Shown here in pieces: positions 1-9,243 of a DNA stretch of 32,000 nt. The position numbers and the translations under genes were made by a program. Source of the DNA: Ferroglobus placidus DSM 10642 (GTDB taxonomy: Archaea; Halobacteriota; Archaeoglobi; Archaeoglobales; Archaeoglobaceae); contig NC_013849.1 in NCBI RefSeq assembly GCF_000025505.1, forward strand, positions 1,980,001 to 2,012,000, written 5' to 3'. Each line of letters begins with the position of its first letter. Position 1 is the stretch's first letter. Below the pieces are notes generated by a model, which saw nothing but the letters and a program-made list of their open reading frames with translations, did no database searches and was not told the DNA's origin.

Positions 1-865
1 TGTCGAAAAAGACTTCTATCTTCGACAATGGTTGATCTTTGATTTGCTTCACCGCCTCTCCAAACCAGTAGTTTTCGAGGTTCTTTAACATATCTTCGTA
101 ATCCATAGCTGCAAGCTTCCTTAATTCACTTTCGCTCAGCTGATACCCCTTCGGAATTATTTTCGCTGCTATTTCTTCGGGCGAAGCTCCCTCAAGCTTG
201 AGCCTGAGTAACGTTTTGACGTTCTTTACGTCTATCTCCATTCTGATAAAGTCTACGAAGTACATTATATCAATGTTGTCGCTGTGGATCGAGGCAAGGC
301 TGGTGTAGTAGAACTTGTCGAGTCTGTCTTCAAACTCGGAAATCGGGCAAGCTCTAGTCAACTCCTCAAGTATCGGATAGTATGGCTTTTTCGCAAACTC
401 CTTTATTATGTCTTCCACGCTTTCCCTTGCTATTAGCATCTTCCAGAATTCCTCGTCAAACTCTCCGGCTGGAACAAGCGTTTTTTCAATTTCTTCTTTC
501 GGGAATCTGAACATTTTACCTCTTATTATGTTCTTCAGATTCCAGAAGTCCCATCTCCTAAGATAATCAACGATCATTTCCCTCGGCAAACCCTTGGATA
601 TTCTAACGAGCTTTCTGTACGTTCTCGTGAGGTTTAGATACAGAGCGTAATCCAAAAGCTCCACACCGCTGTATCTCATCGCGAGCTCGTTTATCTCGTT
701 CTTGTACTCGCTTTCTTCCAAGTACCTTATTATTTCGTTGAGGTCCATATTGAGCAGTTTGTTGTACTCCTCCTTCGGAATGAGTTTTCTCTTCATCACC
801 CTTACTCTGGCAACGATGTACGCCCACTCCGCAGCCCTTGGCTTTCTTATGATCTTTCTCAGCAT
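1..865 (-). CDS. atpC: A-type (V-type) ATP synthase subunit C, C-terminally truncated by window edge
   Basis: Missing from the ORF track; reverse-strand translation from ATG at 865 gives MLRKIIRKPRAAEWAYIVARVRVMKRKLIPKEEYNKLLNMDLNEIIRYLEE..., open to the window edge; typical subunit C N-terminus; 2 nt from atpE. Confidence 0.88.
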   Translation of the reverse strand, partial: MLRKIIRKPRAAEWAYIVARVRVMKRKLIPKEEYNKLLNMDLNEIIRYLEESEYKNEINELAMRYSGVELLDYALYLNLTRTYRKLVRISKGLPREMIVDYLRRWDFWNLKNIIRGKMFRFPKEEIEKTLVPAGEFDEEFWKMLIARESVEDIIKEFAKKPYYPILEELTRACPISEFEDRLDKFYYTSLASIHSDNIDIMYFVDFIRMEIDVKNVKTLLRLKLEGASPEEIAAKIIPKGYQLSESELRKLAAMDYEDMLKNLENYWFGEAVKQIKDQPLSKIEVFFD

Positions 866-867
866 AG

Positions 868-1434
868 CTACTCACCGAACAGGATCTTGTGAATGTCCTT
901 CATCTTATCCTCGAATACCTCCTCGACTATGTTATCGAAGGTTAGATTTATCCTGTAGCTACCATCGGCACTCTCCAGAATTATTCCACCGAGGCATTCG
1001 ATGTTTCCAGCATACTCCATCTTCTTTACGAGCTTTTTAACAATCTCCTCGTCTTTCTTGCTGGAGTAAATTTTGAAACCATCCTGATCGTACTTGGATA
1101 TCAGCTTTTTCAGAAGTTCTTCTCTCTCCTTCTCGTCCATGTTTTTTATTCTCTCAATGAGTTTTTCTCTAACTTTCTCAACCACGTCTTTTTTCTTAGC
1201 CAGCTCCTCTTTTTTCATTTCAAGCTTTATCCCTGAAATCTCTTGTTTTCTTAACCTCTCTACTTCTTTTTCCGCGTCAGCCTTAGCTTTCTTGATGATT
1301 TCCTCGGCTTTTTCCTTAGCCTCAGCTATTATCTCTTCAGCTTTTTTTTCAGCTTCTTTTTTAATCTCCGCTATCTCCAGATGTCCTTTTCTCGTTATTT
1401 CTTCGATTACTGGTTCAAGTGTCATCTCTTTCAC
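868..1434 (-). CDS. atpE: A-type ATP synthase subunit E
   Basis: 188 aa, long charged coiled coil (EKKAEEIIAEAKEKAEEIIKKAKADAEKEVERLRKQEI) followed by a globular C-terminus; position between K and C. Confidence 0.9.
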   Translation of the reverse strand: MKEMTLEPVIEEITRKGHLEIAEIKKEAEKKAEEIIAEAKEKAEEIIKKAKADAEKEVERLRKQEISGIKLEMKKEELAKKKDVVEKVREKLIERIKNMDEKEREELLKKLISKYDQDGFKIYSSKKDEEIVKKLVKKMEYAGNIECLGGIILESADGSYRINLTFDNIVEEVFEDKMKDIHKILFGE

Positions 1435-1463
1435 CTTTGTAAAAAAATTGGAAAATTGTTGCT

Positions 1464-1679
1464 TTACATGAACATCAGCAGGAACGCCACAACAAGCCCG
1501 AAGATGACGATTGTTTCTGGAATCACGGTCATCAGCAAACCTCTACCGAAGAACGTCGGATCTTCTGCCATCGCTCCTACTGCAGCAGCTCCAATTCCCT
1601 GCTCACCCAAACCAGCACCAATTCCAGCCAAACCGACAGCCAAACCAGCACCAACAGCAACCATACCCTCTATCGGCAT
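1464..1679 (-). CDS. atpK: A-type ATP synthase proteolipid subunit K (c-ring), single hairpin
   Basis: 71 aa, two hydrophobic helices, GIGAGLGEQGIGAAAVGAMAEDP loop, PETIVIFGLVVAFLL helix 2 with ion-binding Glu. Confidence 0.92.
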   Translation of the reverse strand: MPIEGMVAVGAGLAVGLAGIGAGLGEQGIGAAAVGAMAEDPTFFGRGLLMTVIPETIVIFGLVVAFLLMFM

Positions 1680-1694
1680 ACCAAACCACCTCCT

Positions 1695-3638
1695 TTAATC
1701 TTCCTTCGTATACCTCCTTCTCCTACCAAACGGGTTGTACAAATACCCTCCCCCTTCGAAGAACTTGACGAAATGCTCAACGTAGTGCAATCGTAAGCTC
1801 TGCAAACCGGGGTCGAGAATTCCGAGAAGCAGATTTATGAAATGTCCAATGGCAAAGATGATTACAGCGGCAATGATTCCAGCAATTCCCGAAGGCCAGA
1901 GAAGCTCGAAAGCGATGTAGTTAAAGGCTATAGCAAAGCCGACACTTGCTAAACCTACAGCCAGCAATCGGGCGTAGCTTATCGTGTTGCTGAGCAACGT
2001 TAAGTATTCTATGAGGAACATCGGACCCTCGCCAATTATTGTCAGCACAGCCCAGATGATGATTAAAGGAATTGCAGCAACGTAGAAGGCGTTAAGATGA
2101 AATGCTGGAAGCGCGTTTACCGTGTTCACAACGAATCCCGCTATTATGAATGCGATGCTTATTAAAGCGAGAAGCCAGTTGAACTTCTCGAGGATCGCAT
2201 GCTTCAATCCGTGCTCTTTTATGTAGTTTCTTATTCCGAAGATGTAACCGAGGCTCATATGGGTTACTCCAATACCAATCGTTAGAACGAGCAAAGCGGG
2301 AGCTTCGTAGAGTCTATGAACGATAGGATGCATCTCTGCAAACGTCCTCGCGAGTTCGCTTTCCTCACCGAGAAGTTTTAGGAATAGCGATTCATGCCCG
2401 AAGAGCTCGAAACCAAAGAACTCTCCGTAAACGAAGCCGAATACTATTGTGGAGATTGAAGAGTACAGAAGAACTTTGAGCAGAGCCTGCCAGCCCTCGC
2501 TTAAAAACTTCTTAGACAGCCACAGGGATAGGAAGAGGAGGATTAAACCGTAACCGATGTCTCCGAGCATGAAACCGAAGAATATCGGGAAGACTACAGC
2601 CATTACCGTCGTGGGATCTACTTCGGTGTACTTCGGAATACCGTAGGCGGTCGTAAGAAGCTCGAAAGGTTTGGCAAACTTCGGATTTTTCAAAGCCGTT
2701 GGTGGGTTCCACTTTTCATCTTTGATTTCAGAAACAATAACTTTTCTTCCGGTTTTTTCCTCGACTTCTCTCTTAAATTGTTCGAAAGACTCTTTAGGCA
2801 CGTAGCCAACTATTATGAAAGCGTACTTAGACGTTGCCGCTTTCAACGGAAGCTCAGATTTTTCGAGCTCTATGCTCAAGTGCTCCTCTAATGCGAGCAT
2901 TAAATCGAGATTTTTCCTCTCGTATTCTTCTATTTCCGCTCTAAGCTTTTGTATCTCTGCTCTAATTTCTTCTCTTCTTTGGGCGATCTCCTTAAGCCTT
3001 TCGTCGAAGTCCTTTACGTCGGGAACGGCAAGCTCTCTAAAAGCGAACTCCTGAAGAACTTTAAAAACTTCGTTCGCATCTTCTTTTTTAACGTAAACAG
3101 CCACGACGTACTCGTTTTCGTACGGCTCAACGAATATTTCGAATTCTTTCGTTACTTCGCTTATTTTTTCAAAAGGATTATCCTTAACCAAACCTACAAA
3201 AACGGCTATGTTCTTAAAACCTTTCAAAAGATCCGGAGGAACTTTAAGCGTCTTAAGCGGATGAATTACCCTTTCCTCGTCGTCTAAGCTTCTCAGTTCG
3301 TCTTCCAGCTGTCTTATCCTCGAGTTTTTCTCTCCGATGACTTTCTCTATTTCTTCCACTTTTTCGTCAACTATCTCGTTCAATTCTTTGACACTGAAAA
3401 TCTTCTGAGGAACGTAAGTGTCGGTTTTTATTAGAGAAAGAGCGGATCTGACTGTGACCAAGAATTTTGAAAGCTTGGACGCTTCTTCAAAAGGCTCTCC
3501 AACCTTAAAATATTCGTCCTCTTCGGCGTAATCCTCAACGTGAATTAAATTGAGGCGGTGGAGTATCTCTGAAGTCTGCTTGAAGTACTCCTTTGGACCC
3601 ACTACCGAAACTTTAACCATTCTTACGGGCTCAAGCAT
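1695..3638 (-). CDS. atpI: A-type ATP synthase subunit I (a subunit)
   Basis: 647 aa; soluble N-terminal half, multi-TM C-terminal half with FGFMLGDIGYGLI and FLIEYLTLLSNTISYARLLAVGLASV motifs. Confidence 0.93.
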   Translation of the reverse strand: MLEPVRMVKVSVVGPKEYFKQTSEILHRLNLIHVEDYAEEDEYFKVGEPFEEASKLSKFLVTVRSALSLIKTDTYVPQKIFSVKELNEIVDEKVEEIEKVIGEKNSRIRQLEDELRSLDDEERVIHPLKTLKVPPDLLKGFKNIAVFVGLVKDNPFEKISEVTKEFEIFVEPYENEYVVAVYVKKEDANEVFKVLQEFAFRELAVPDVKDFDERLKEIAQRREEIRAEIQKLRAEIEEYERKNLDLMLALEEHLSIELEKSELPLKAATSKYAFIIVGYVPKESFEQFKREVEEKTGRKVIVSEIKDEKWNPPTALKNPKFAKPFELLTTAYGIPKYTEVDPTTVMAVVFPIFFGFMLGDIGYGLILLFLSLWLSKKFLSEGWQALLKVLLYSSISTIVFGFVYGEFFGFELFGHESLFLKLLGEESELARTFAEMHPIVHRLYEAPALLVLTIGIGVTHMSLGYIFGIRNYIKEHGLKHAILEKFNWLLALISIAFIIAGFVVNTVNALPAFHLNAFYVAAIPLIIIWAVLTIIGEGPMFLIEYLTLLSNTISYARLLAVGLASVGFAIAFNYIAFELLWPSGIAGIIAAVIIFAIGHFINLLLGILDPGLQSLRLHYVEHFVKFFEGGGYLYNPFGRRRRYTKED

Positions 3639-3969
3639 TTTCGACCGCCCTTACAAATTCGTTATATACGAACTTGACAGCCTCGTCGACTTTCTTCTCT
3701 GCCTCTCTAATGAGTTCGTTGATTTCTGCAAGTCTCTTCTCCCTAATCTCATTTCTCTCCTTCTCAATTTCGGCTTTGCCCTTCTCAACTATCTCGTTGT
3801 ATATTCTTTGCGCCTCTTTCTCAGCGTCTTCGACTATTTTTCTTGCTTCCTCCTTAGCTGCGAAAATTCTTCTGTTTGCCTCTTCCTTGGCTTTCTTTAT
3901 TTCTTCGTCTATTTTCTCCTCAACCTCTTTTATTTTCCTGAGGATTTCTGTTTTGTCCATGATATCCAC
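3631..3969 (-). CDS. atpH: A-type ATP synthase subunit H
   Basis: 112 aa coiled coil, first gene of the ATPase cluster, overlaps the start of atpI. Confidence 0.8.
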   Translation of the reverse strand: MDIMDKTEILRKIKEVEEKIDEEIKKAKEEANRRIFAAKEEARKIVEDAEKEAQRIYNEIVEKGKAEIEKERNEIREKRLAEINELIREAEKKVDEAVKFVYNEFVRAVENA

Positions 3970-4082
3970 CCCGATAACAGTCAGACTGAGTGATTCGAGA
4001 ATGGGTATGTATTTAAGGTTTTTCTTTTTGTCGAACTGAGAAAGTGTCCTCTTATATCAACAAGCTGAGAAAACGAGAATCC

Positions 4083-4391
4083 TTAGCCGTGAAAGTCTTT
4101 TTCACCTTTTATGCCTATAGCGATGTTGGCTTTGAGAGCTACTTCGAAGTATTCTTCGTCTGGTTCAAGCAAAACGAAGCGTTTTGGAACGGGAATTGCA
4201 AGAAATTCTCCGAAGTCCTTGTTGTTCTCTCCTACGTAAACGTTGTAAAACTCTCTCGTCTCCTTGTGAAGGAGCAAGTAAACCTCTTTGTTCTCTCTGA
4301 CGAGCTGCATCAGTCTTTTCTTGTCTATTTTTTCGAAAATCTCGTTACAGATCTCTTCAGCCAACTTCGACGATTCGTCTTCAAGTACCAT
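4083..4391 (-). CDS. Small hypothetical protein (102 aa)
   Basis: Clean ORF with coding-like composition, co-directional with and upstream of atpH; no family recognised. Confidence 0.6.
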   Translation of the reverse strand: MVLEDESSKLAEEICNEIFEKIDKKRLMQLVRENKEVYLLLHKETREFYNVYVGENNKDFGEFLAIPVPKRFVLLEPDEEYFEVALKANIAIGIKGEKDFHG

Positions 4392-4665
4392 TTCGAGGGA
4401 TGATTCAAAACGAAGTAGTATATATCTGTTTCTGAATTTCCAACGCGTCCAAAAATTAATCTAATTTTTATAATATCGAAGGAAATTCGAGATTCGATGC
4501 GAAAATAGAACTTGTAATAACAATTCTCTTTATACGTTATTCCAATCGTGACTTAAGATAAATTAAGAGAAGTTATTATTGCTCCTCTATAAGCTTCTTC
4601 AGATGCATCAAAATTGCTGATTAATACTCTCGAAAAGGTAAAGTTTACGGTACTGTATAATATCG

Positions 4666-4711
4666 ATAACCGTTAAATTTATATCGGTCTTCCACATGAT
4701 TAATTGTGACA
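4666..4711 (+). promoter_or_regulatory. Shared promoter/operator, copy A
   Basis: ATAACCGTTAAATTTATAT (4666-4684) followed by CGGT, then ACATGATTAATTGTGACA (4694-4711); both blocks recur at 18122-18168. Confidence 0.75.
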
Positions 4712-4743
4712 CCAGTTTGCTTCTTGCTATGGGGGTGCAGATA

Positions 4744-6057
4744 ATGAAAAACTACATGTACAACAAAAAAATTGAGACGATGAAAAGGGAAAAAATTAAG
4801 GATCTACAATTCAAAAGGCTGAAAGCAACTGTAAAAAGGCTTTACGAAAATGTACCATACTACAGAAGGAAGATGAAAGAAGCAAATGTAAAACCTGAGG
4901 ATATAAAAACTCTCGATGACATCAGAAAATTGCCCTTCACAGAGAAGGAAGATTTGAGAAAAAATTATCCTTTTGGACTCGTTGCAGTTCCTCTGGAAAA
5001 AGTTGTTGAGCTTCATGCCTCTTCTGGAACTACTGGAAAGCCGACAACTGTTGTTTACACTCGAAAAGATCTTGAAGTCTGGGGAGAGGTAATGGCTCGC
5101 TGCTTAGCTATGTCAGGTTTGACTAAGAAAGACATCTTCCAGAATCCGATACCCTACGGTCTTTTTACCGGAGCTTTCGGATTTCATTACGGGGCATTAA
5201 AAATAGGTGCGTTAATAGTTCCGAGTAGCGGCGGAGATTCAAAAAGACAAATAACACTAATGAAGGATTACGGAACTACTTTCATGTCAGGAGTCGTTTC
5301 CTACGCTCTGCATTTGGCAAAAGTGGCGATGGACATGGGAATAGATCCGAGCAAAGATCTGAACGTTCGAGCCGGGTTGTTTGGAGCTGAGATATTTACG
5401 GAAAGCTTGAGGAAAAAACTCAACGATTTATGGGGCATGGATGCCCATAACGTTTACGGGTTAAGTGAAATGTGTGGACCGGGAGTTTCTGCCGATTGCG
5501 ACCAGCATGACGGACTACACCTCTGGGAGGACCACTTCCTCGTTGAATGCATAGATCCAAAAACCGGTGAACCAGTTGAAGCTGAGGAGAAAGGAGAACT
5601 TGTTATTTCGACGCTAACAAAAGAGGCTATGCCACTTCTCAGATACAGAACGAGAGATCTTGCCTTCATCTACGATTGTAAGGAGTGCGATTGCGGAAGA
5701 ACGCACGTAAAGCATTCTACGATTGTAGGCAGAACTGACGACATGATAATAGTCAGCGGAACGAACATTTTCCCGAGCCAAATCGAAGAAGTCGTCATGA
5801 AACACCAGAAAGGAGGAGTTGAGTACAGAATTATCCTCGAAAAGAATGGATATCTTGACGTCATGACCGTCGAAGTCGAATCTTTACACCCGTTATCAGA
5901 AGAAGAGAAGAAAACGCTTGCTGAATATTACGCCAACGAAATAAAGTCCGTAACCGGATACAAGCCAAGGGTTAGGATTCTCGATCCCGGAACTATTGTG
6001 AGAGAAGGGATAAAGGCTAAGAGGATCATAGATCTAAGACCTAAAGAAAGCTCCTAA
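4744..6057 (+). CDS. Phenylacetate-CoA ligase-family (PaaK-like) acyl-CoA ligase
   Basis: LKATVKRLYENVPYYRRKM, SSGTTGKPTTVVYTRKDL, VYGLSEMCGPGVS, GRTDDMIIVSGTNIFPSQIE motifs. Start moved from the track's 4696 to ATG 4744 because 4696 lies inside the promoter; GGGGGTG precedes 4744. Confidence 0.87.
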   Translation: MKNYMYNKKIETMKREKIKDLQFKRLKATVKRLYENVPYYRRKMKEANVKPEDIKTLDDIRKLPFTEKEDLRKNYPFGLVAVPLEKVVELHASSGTTGKPTTVVYTRKDLEVWGEVMARCLAMSGLTKKDIFQNPIPYGLFTGAFGFHYGALKIGALIVPSSGGDSKRQITLMKDYGTTFMSGVVSYALHLAKVAMDMGIDPSKDLNVRAGLFGAEIFTESLRKKLNDLWGMDAHNVYGLSEMCGPGVSADCDQHDGLHLWEDHFLVECIDPKTGEPVEAEEKGELVISTLTKEAMPLLRYRTRDLAFIYDCKECDCGRTHVKHSTIVGRTDDMIIVSGTNIFPSQIEEVVMKHQKGGVEYRIILEKNGYLDVMTVEVESLHPLSEEEKKTLAEYYANEIKSVTGYKPRVRILDPGTIVREGIKAKRIIDLRPKESS

Positions 6058-6060
6058 CAG

Positions 6061-7236
6061 TCAGATTATTCCCTCTTTTTTAAGCTCCTCCACATCGTAT
6101 CCAAGTTTTGAGTAAATCTCCTCGTTGTGCTCTCCAAGTCTCGGAGCAAAAGTTAACTGTTTTGTTTTCGTTGTCACTGGAGGAGGGGCAAGTAAAACCT
6201 CCAATCCCGTCTTTTCGTCTCTTGTTTTCCAAAGCTTTGAAGATAGGTAAGAATCTTCAAATATCTGCGGAAGCGTTGTTACTTTCGAAATCGGTATTCT
6301 TGCTTTTTTAAAAAGCTCTATAATCTCTTCAGTGTTTCTTTTTGAAAGAATTTCCTCAAGATCTCTGTCTAATTGTTCTTCGTTAGCCTTTCTTCGGTTG
6401 TTCGTGCTGTAGATATCTTTTTTGAGAATTTCAAACCCGGGAAGACTGCAAAGCCTCTCCCACTGAGCCTCGCTCCCTATGGCTATCGAGACATAGCCGT
6501 CTTTTGTTCTGTAAACACCCACTGGAGCGAAAATCGGATGCTTGTTCCCAGATTTTGGCACCTTTATTCCTAAACTGACCATCGGGATGTGTAAGGCAAG
6601 TAAAGATAAACAGCAGTCGAGCATCGAAATGTCAATTCTACATCCCTTTCCCGTTTTCTCCCTTATTAAAAGTGCTTTCATTATTTCGCAATACGCTTGA
6701 TTCGCTGCTTCCAAATCTGCTATGGAAACACCGAACTTCAAAGGAGGACTATTCTCATCACCGTTGGTATCCATTATTCCAGAGTAAGCCTGTATCATTG
6801 GGTCGTAAGCCGCTTCTGGCCTTTCTGGACCGAAGCCCGAGATCCCAACCCAGATTATATCCTCTTTTATCGATCTTATCCTCTCGTAATCTATTCCAAG
6901 CTTTTTGTAGTTGCTTGGTACTTGATTTGTTGCAAAAATGTCAACATCGAACTCTTTAATCAGTTCTCCGAGAATTTCTTTTCCTTTCGGGGAGTTTAAA
7001 TTTAGCGTTATTGATTTTTTTCCAGAATTTATCCCCAAGAAATATGCGCTCATCCCCTCCTCATCCAACGCACTTTCCCCAACGTAGCGATTGGGATCAC
7101 CCCAAGGAGGCTCGACTCTAATAACCTCAGCCCCATCAGCAGCTAATCGCCACGTACAGTAAGGCAGCGAGACAGCCTGCTCAACGCTGAGGACAGTCAC
7201 TCCTTCCAGGAAGTTTTCCTTTAAGCAGCTTGACAT
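6061..7236 (-). CDS. Family III (CaiB/BaiF) CoA-transferase
   Basis: LPYCTWRLAADGAEVIRVEPPWGDPNR, NSGKKSITLNLNSPKG, and a catalytic-Asp-like motif RIDISMLD. Start moved to the ATG after GGGGGGTG. Confidence 0.88.
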   Translation of the reverse strand: MSSCLKENFLEGVTVLSVEQAVSLPYCTWRLAADGAEVIRVEPPWGDPNRYVGESALDEEGMSAYFLGINSGKKSITLNLNSPKGKEILGELIKEFDVDIFATNQVPSNYKKLGIDYERIRSIKEDIIWVGISGFGPERPEAAYDPMIQAYSGIMDTNGDENSPPLKFGVSIADLEAANQAYCEIMKALLIREKTGKGCRIDISMLDCCLSLLALHIPMVSLGIKVPKSGNKHPIFAPVGVYRTKDGYVSIAIGSEAQWERLCSLPGFEILKKDIYSTNNRRKANEEQLDRDLEEILSKRNTEEIIELFKKARIPISKVTTLPQIFEDSYLSSKLWKTRDEKTGLEVLLAPPPVTTKTKQLTFAPRLGEHNEEIYSKLGYDVEELKKEGII

Positions 7237-7294
7237 TCCGCACCCCCCAAATTCTATAATTCTCCCAAATGATTTCAACTAGAGGATTTGAATG

Positions 7295-7313
7295 ATATAA
7301 ATTTAACGGTTAT
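7295..7313 (-). promoter_or_regulatory. Shared promoter element, copy B
   Basis: Reverse complement reads ATAACCGTTAAATTTATAT, identical over 19 nt to copy A, 59 nt upstream of the CoA-transferase ATG. Confidence 0.75.
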
Positions 7314-7600
7314 TGATCGCGTACACACTTAACTTTGCAGTCTTTAAAACCAAAATAAGAGAGTCAGAATATGCAAAAATCGTAGATCAAGGAATTATAA
7401 CTAGTTTATTGCTAATTTAAATCCGTAAAATCTCTTTTTCATAAGATTTCTCTTAAAATTTGAAATTTTAAAGATGTAGCTTGGGAAGCAAAATCAATTA
7501 ACCATTAACTGATTGACGAAAAAGTTAAATATTTGGTATCTATTAATCATGCTAATTAAGTAATTCATAAAGTGTGGAGCTGAAAACGGAGGGACTCGAA

Positions 7601-7720
7601 ATGGCGAAGGTTTTGGGTTTAGATCCGGCTATTGGAGTGATATACATAGTGAACATATTGCTTATAGTTTTGTGGGTTGTTTTTTCCGTAGCAAATGCAA
7701 AAAGGAGAGGTGACCTTTGA
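7601..7720 (+). CDS. 39-aa single-TM small protein immediately upstream of the SSS symporter
   Basis: MAKVLGLDPAIGVIYIVNILLIVLWVVFSVANAKRRGDL*; preceded by GGAGGG; its TGA overlaps the symporter ATG (TTGATG). Not in the ORF track. Confidence 0.75.
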   Translation: MAKVLGLDPAIGVIYIVNILLIVLWVVFSVANAKRRGDL

Positions 7721-9234
7721 TGACGTACGAAATCTCTTGGGCAGTTCTTGTAATTTACATTTTAGCTATGCTTTATATCGGTTACTGGAGCTGGAAAAAG
7801 ACAAAAACCCTTGAAGACTATTACATAGCCGGGAGACAGCTCGGTCCGTGGATCATAGCATTTTCCTTCTTTGGAACGTATTTCAGCACAGCTGCTTTTC
7901 TGGGTGGAGGTGGATCCGGATTTCTGTTCGGTTTCCAGTGGTCCGCCTACTTAGCTTTCTTCCACATACTATTCGCAATACTCGCTTGGTGGCTGATAGC
8001 TCCAAGAATGAGAATTTTCTCAGAAAAGCTGAAATCCTTGACTATTCCCGATTTCTTCGAGTTTAGATACAACAGCAAACTTGCAAGATTGGTCGCATCG
8101 GTTATTATCATAATCTTCTTCGAGTTCTACATGATTTCGATTTACAAAGGTGCCGGGAACCTCTTTCAGGAAATGCTTGGCGTTTCGTATTTGGCAGGTA
8201 TCTTAATTACAGTAATCCCCGTGATAATATATACGGCAATGGGTGGATTCAGATCGGTAGCCATAACTGATCTCATTCAAGGTTGCATAATGCTCTTTGG
8301 TGCAATTTTGCTTTTCCTTCTCGTGATGTCTTACGTTGGAGGATGGAGCGAGGGAATTGCAAGACTTGAAGAAATGAAGCTCCTTGGAAAAGTTCCCGGA
8401 ACTGCCCTCACGACTCTCGGAGGTTTCGGACCTCCTCCAATCCTCAAAGCAGGTATGATGGTGCCTTTCATCCTCAGCTTAACTTTTGCTATAAGCATCG
8501 CTCAGCTCTCAAGCCCGCAGCTAATAATAAGGTTCTATGCAGCGAAGGATGAGAGAGTTATAACCAGAGGAATGATAATCGGACCAGTTATCATCGGTAT
8601 TTTTGCCTTAACTGTTTTTAGCGTCGGTCCATTTGCTTGGCTGGTAATTCCAGAACTCGTTCCAGAAGATCAGCTGATGACCTATCTGAAAGATCCAGAC
8701 TTAGTCGTACCGTTCCTTGTTGTAAATCTTTTCCCGCCGGTAGTCGATGCGATAATACTCACAGCCATAGTGGCTGCTGCGATGTCCACGATAAACTCTT
8801 TGCTGCTTGTCTTGGCAACTTCCCTTGGTAGAGATATTCTGCAAGTCGTTAAACCCGATTTAAGGGAGAGTACAGTTGTTTCTATAACAAGAGTGATGAC
8901 CTTCGTTTTTGCATTTATCCCGTTGCTCTTAGCAATAAACCCACCAGGAATAATAGTCACAATTGTAGGAGTGAGTTTCTCAGTCATAACAGCCGCTTTT
9001 CTTGCTCCATTAGTGCTTGGGTTATATTGGAAGGGTGGAACCGGCACTGCTGCTTGGGTTTCGATGGTCGTCGCTACGATAGTATGTGTTCTCTGGTACA
9101 TATACTATTACAGGGTTTACTGGATCTATCCAGTTGTTCCAGGGTTGCTCGTAAGCGTGCCCCTCTTCATAATTCTGAGCTTGGTAACAAAGAAACCTCC
9201 GCAAGAGGTAATTGAATTGCTCGACAAAAAATAA
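7720..9234 (+). CDS. Sodium:solute symporter (SSS family), substrate unknown
   Basis: ~12 TM; LEDYYIAGRQLGPWIIAFSFFGTYFSTAAFLGGGGSGF N-terminal signature; AAMSTINSLLLVLATSLGRDI. ATG at 7720 (track uses TTG 7717). Confidence 0.9.
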   Translation: MTYEISWAVLVIYILAMLYIGYWSWKKTKTLEDYYIAGRQLGPWIIAFSFFGTYFSTAAFLGGGGSGFLFGFQWSAYLAFFHILFAILAWWLIAPRMRIFSEKLKSLTIPDFFEFRYNSKLARLVASVIIIIFFEFYMISIYKGAGNLFQEMLGVSYLAGILITVIPVIIYTAMGGFRSVAITDLIQGCIMLFGAILLFLLVMSYVGGWSEGIARLEEMKLLGKVPGTALTTLGGFGPPPILKAGMMVPFILSLTFAISIAQLSSPQLIIRFYAAKDERVITRGMIIGPVIIGIFALTVFSVGPFAWLVIPELVPEDQLMTYLKDPDLVVPFLVVNLFPPVVDAIILTAIVAAAMSTINSLLLVLATSLGRDILQVVKPDLRESTVVSITRVMTFVFAFIPLLLAINPPGIIVTIVGVSFSVITAAFLAPLVLGLYWKGGTGTAAWVSMVVATIVCVLWYIYYYRVYWIYPVVPGLLVSVPLFIILSLVTKKPPQEVIELLDKK

Positions 9235-9243
9235 AATAATTAA

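Noticed and set aside
603-1471. ORFs 603..875 (-), 702..1040 (+), 1094..1471 (+)
   Set aside because: Overlap atpC and atpE in other frames; the ATPase proteins explain the region.
4696-4743. Upstream start of the acyl-CoA ligase given in the ORF track
   Set aside because: The extra 16 residues are encoded within the shared promoter/operator block; ATG 4744 has a ribosome-binding site.
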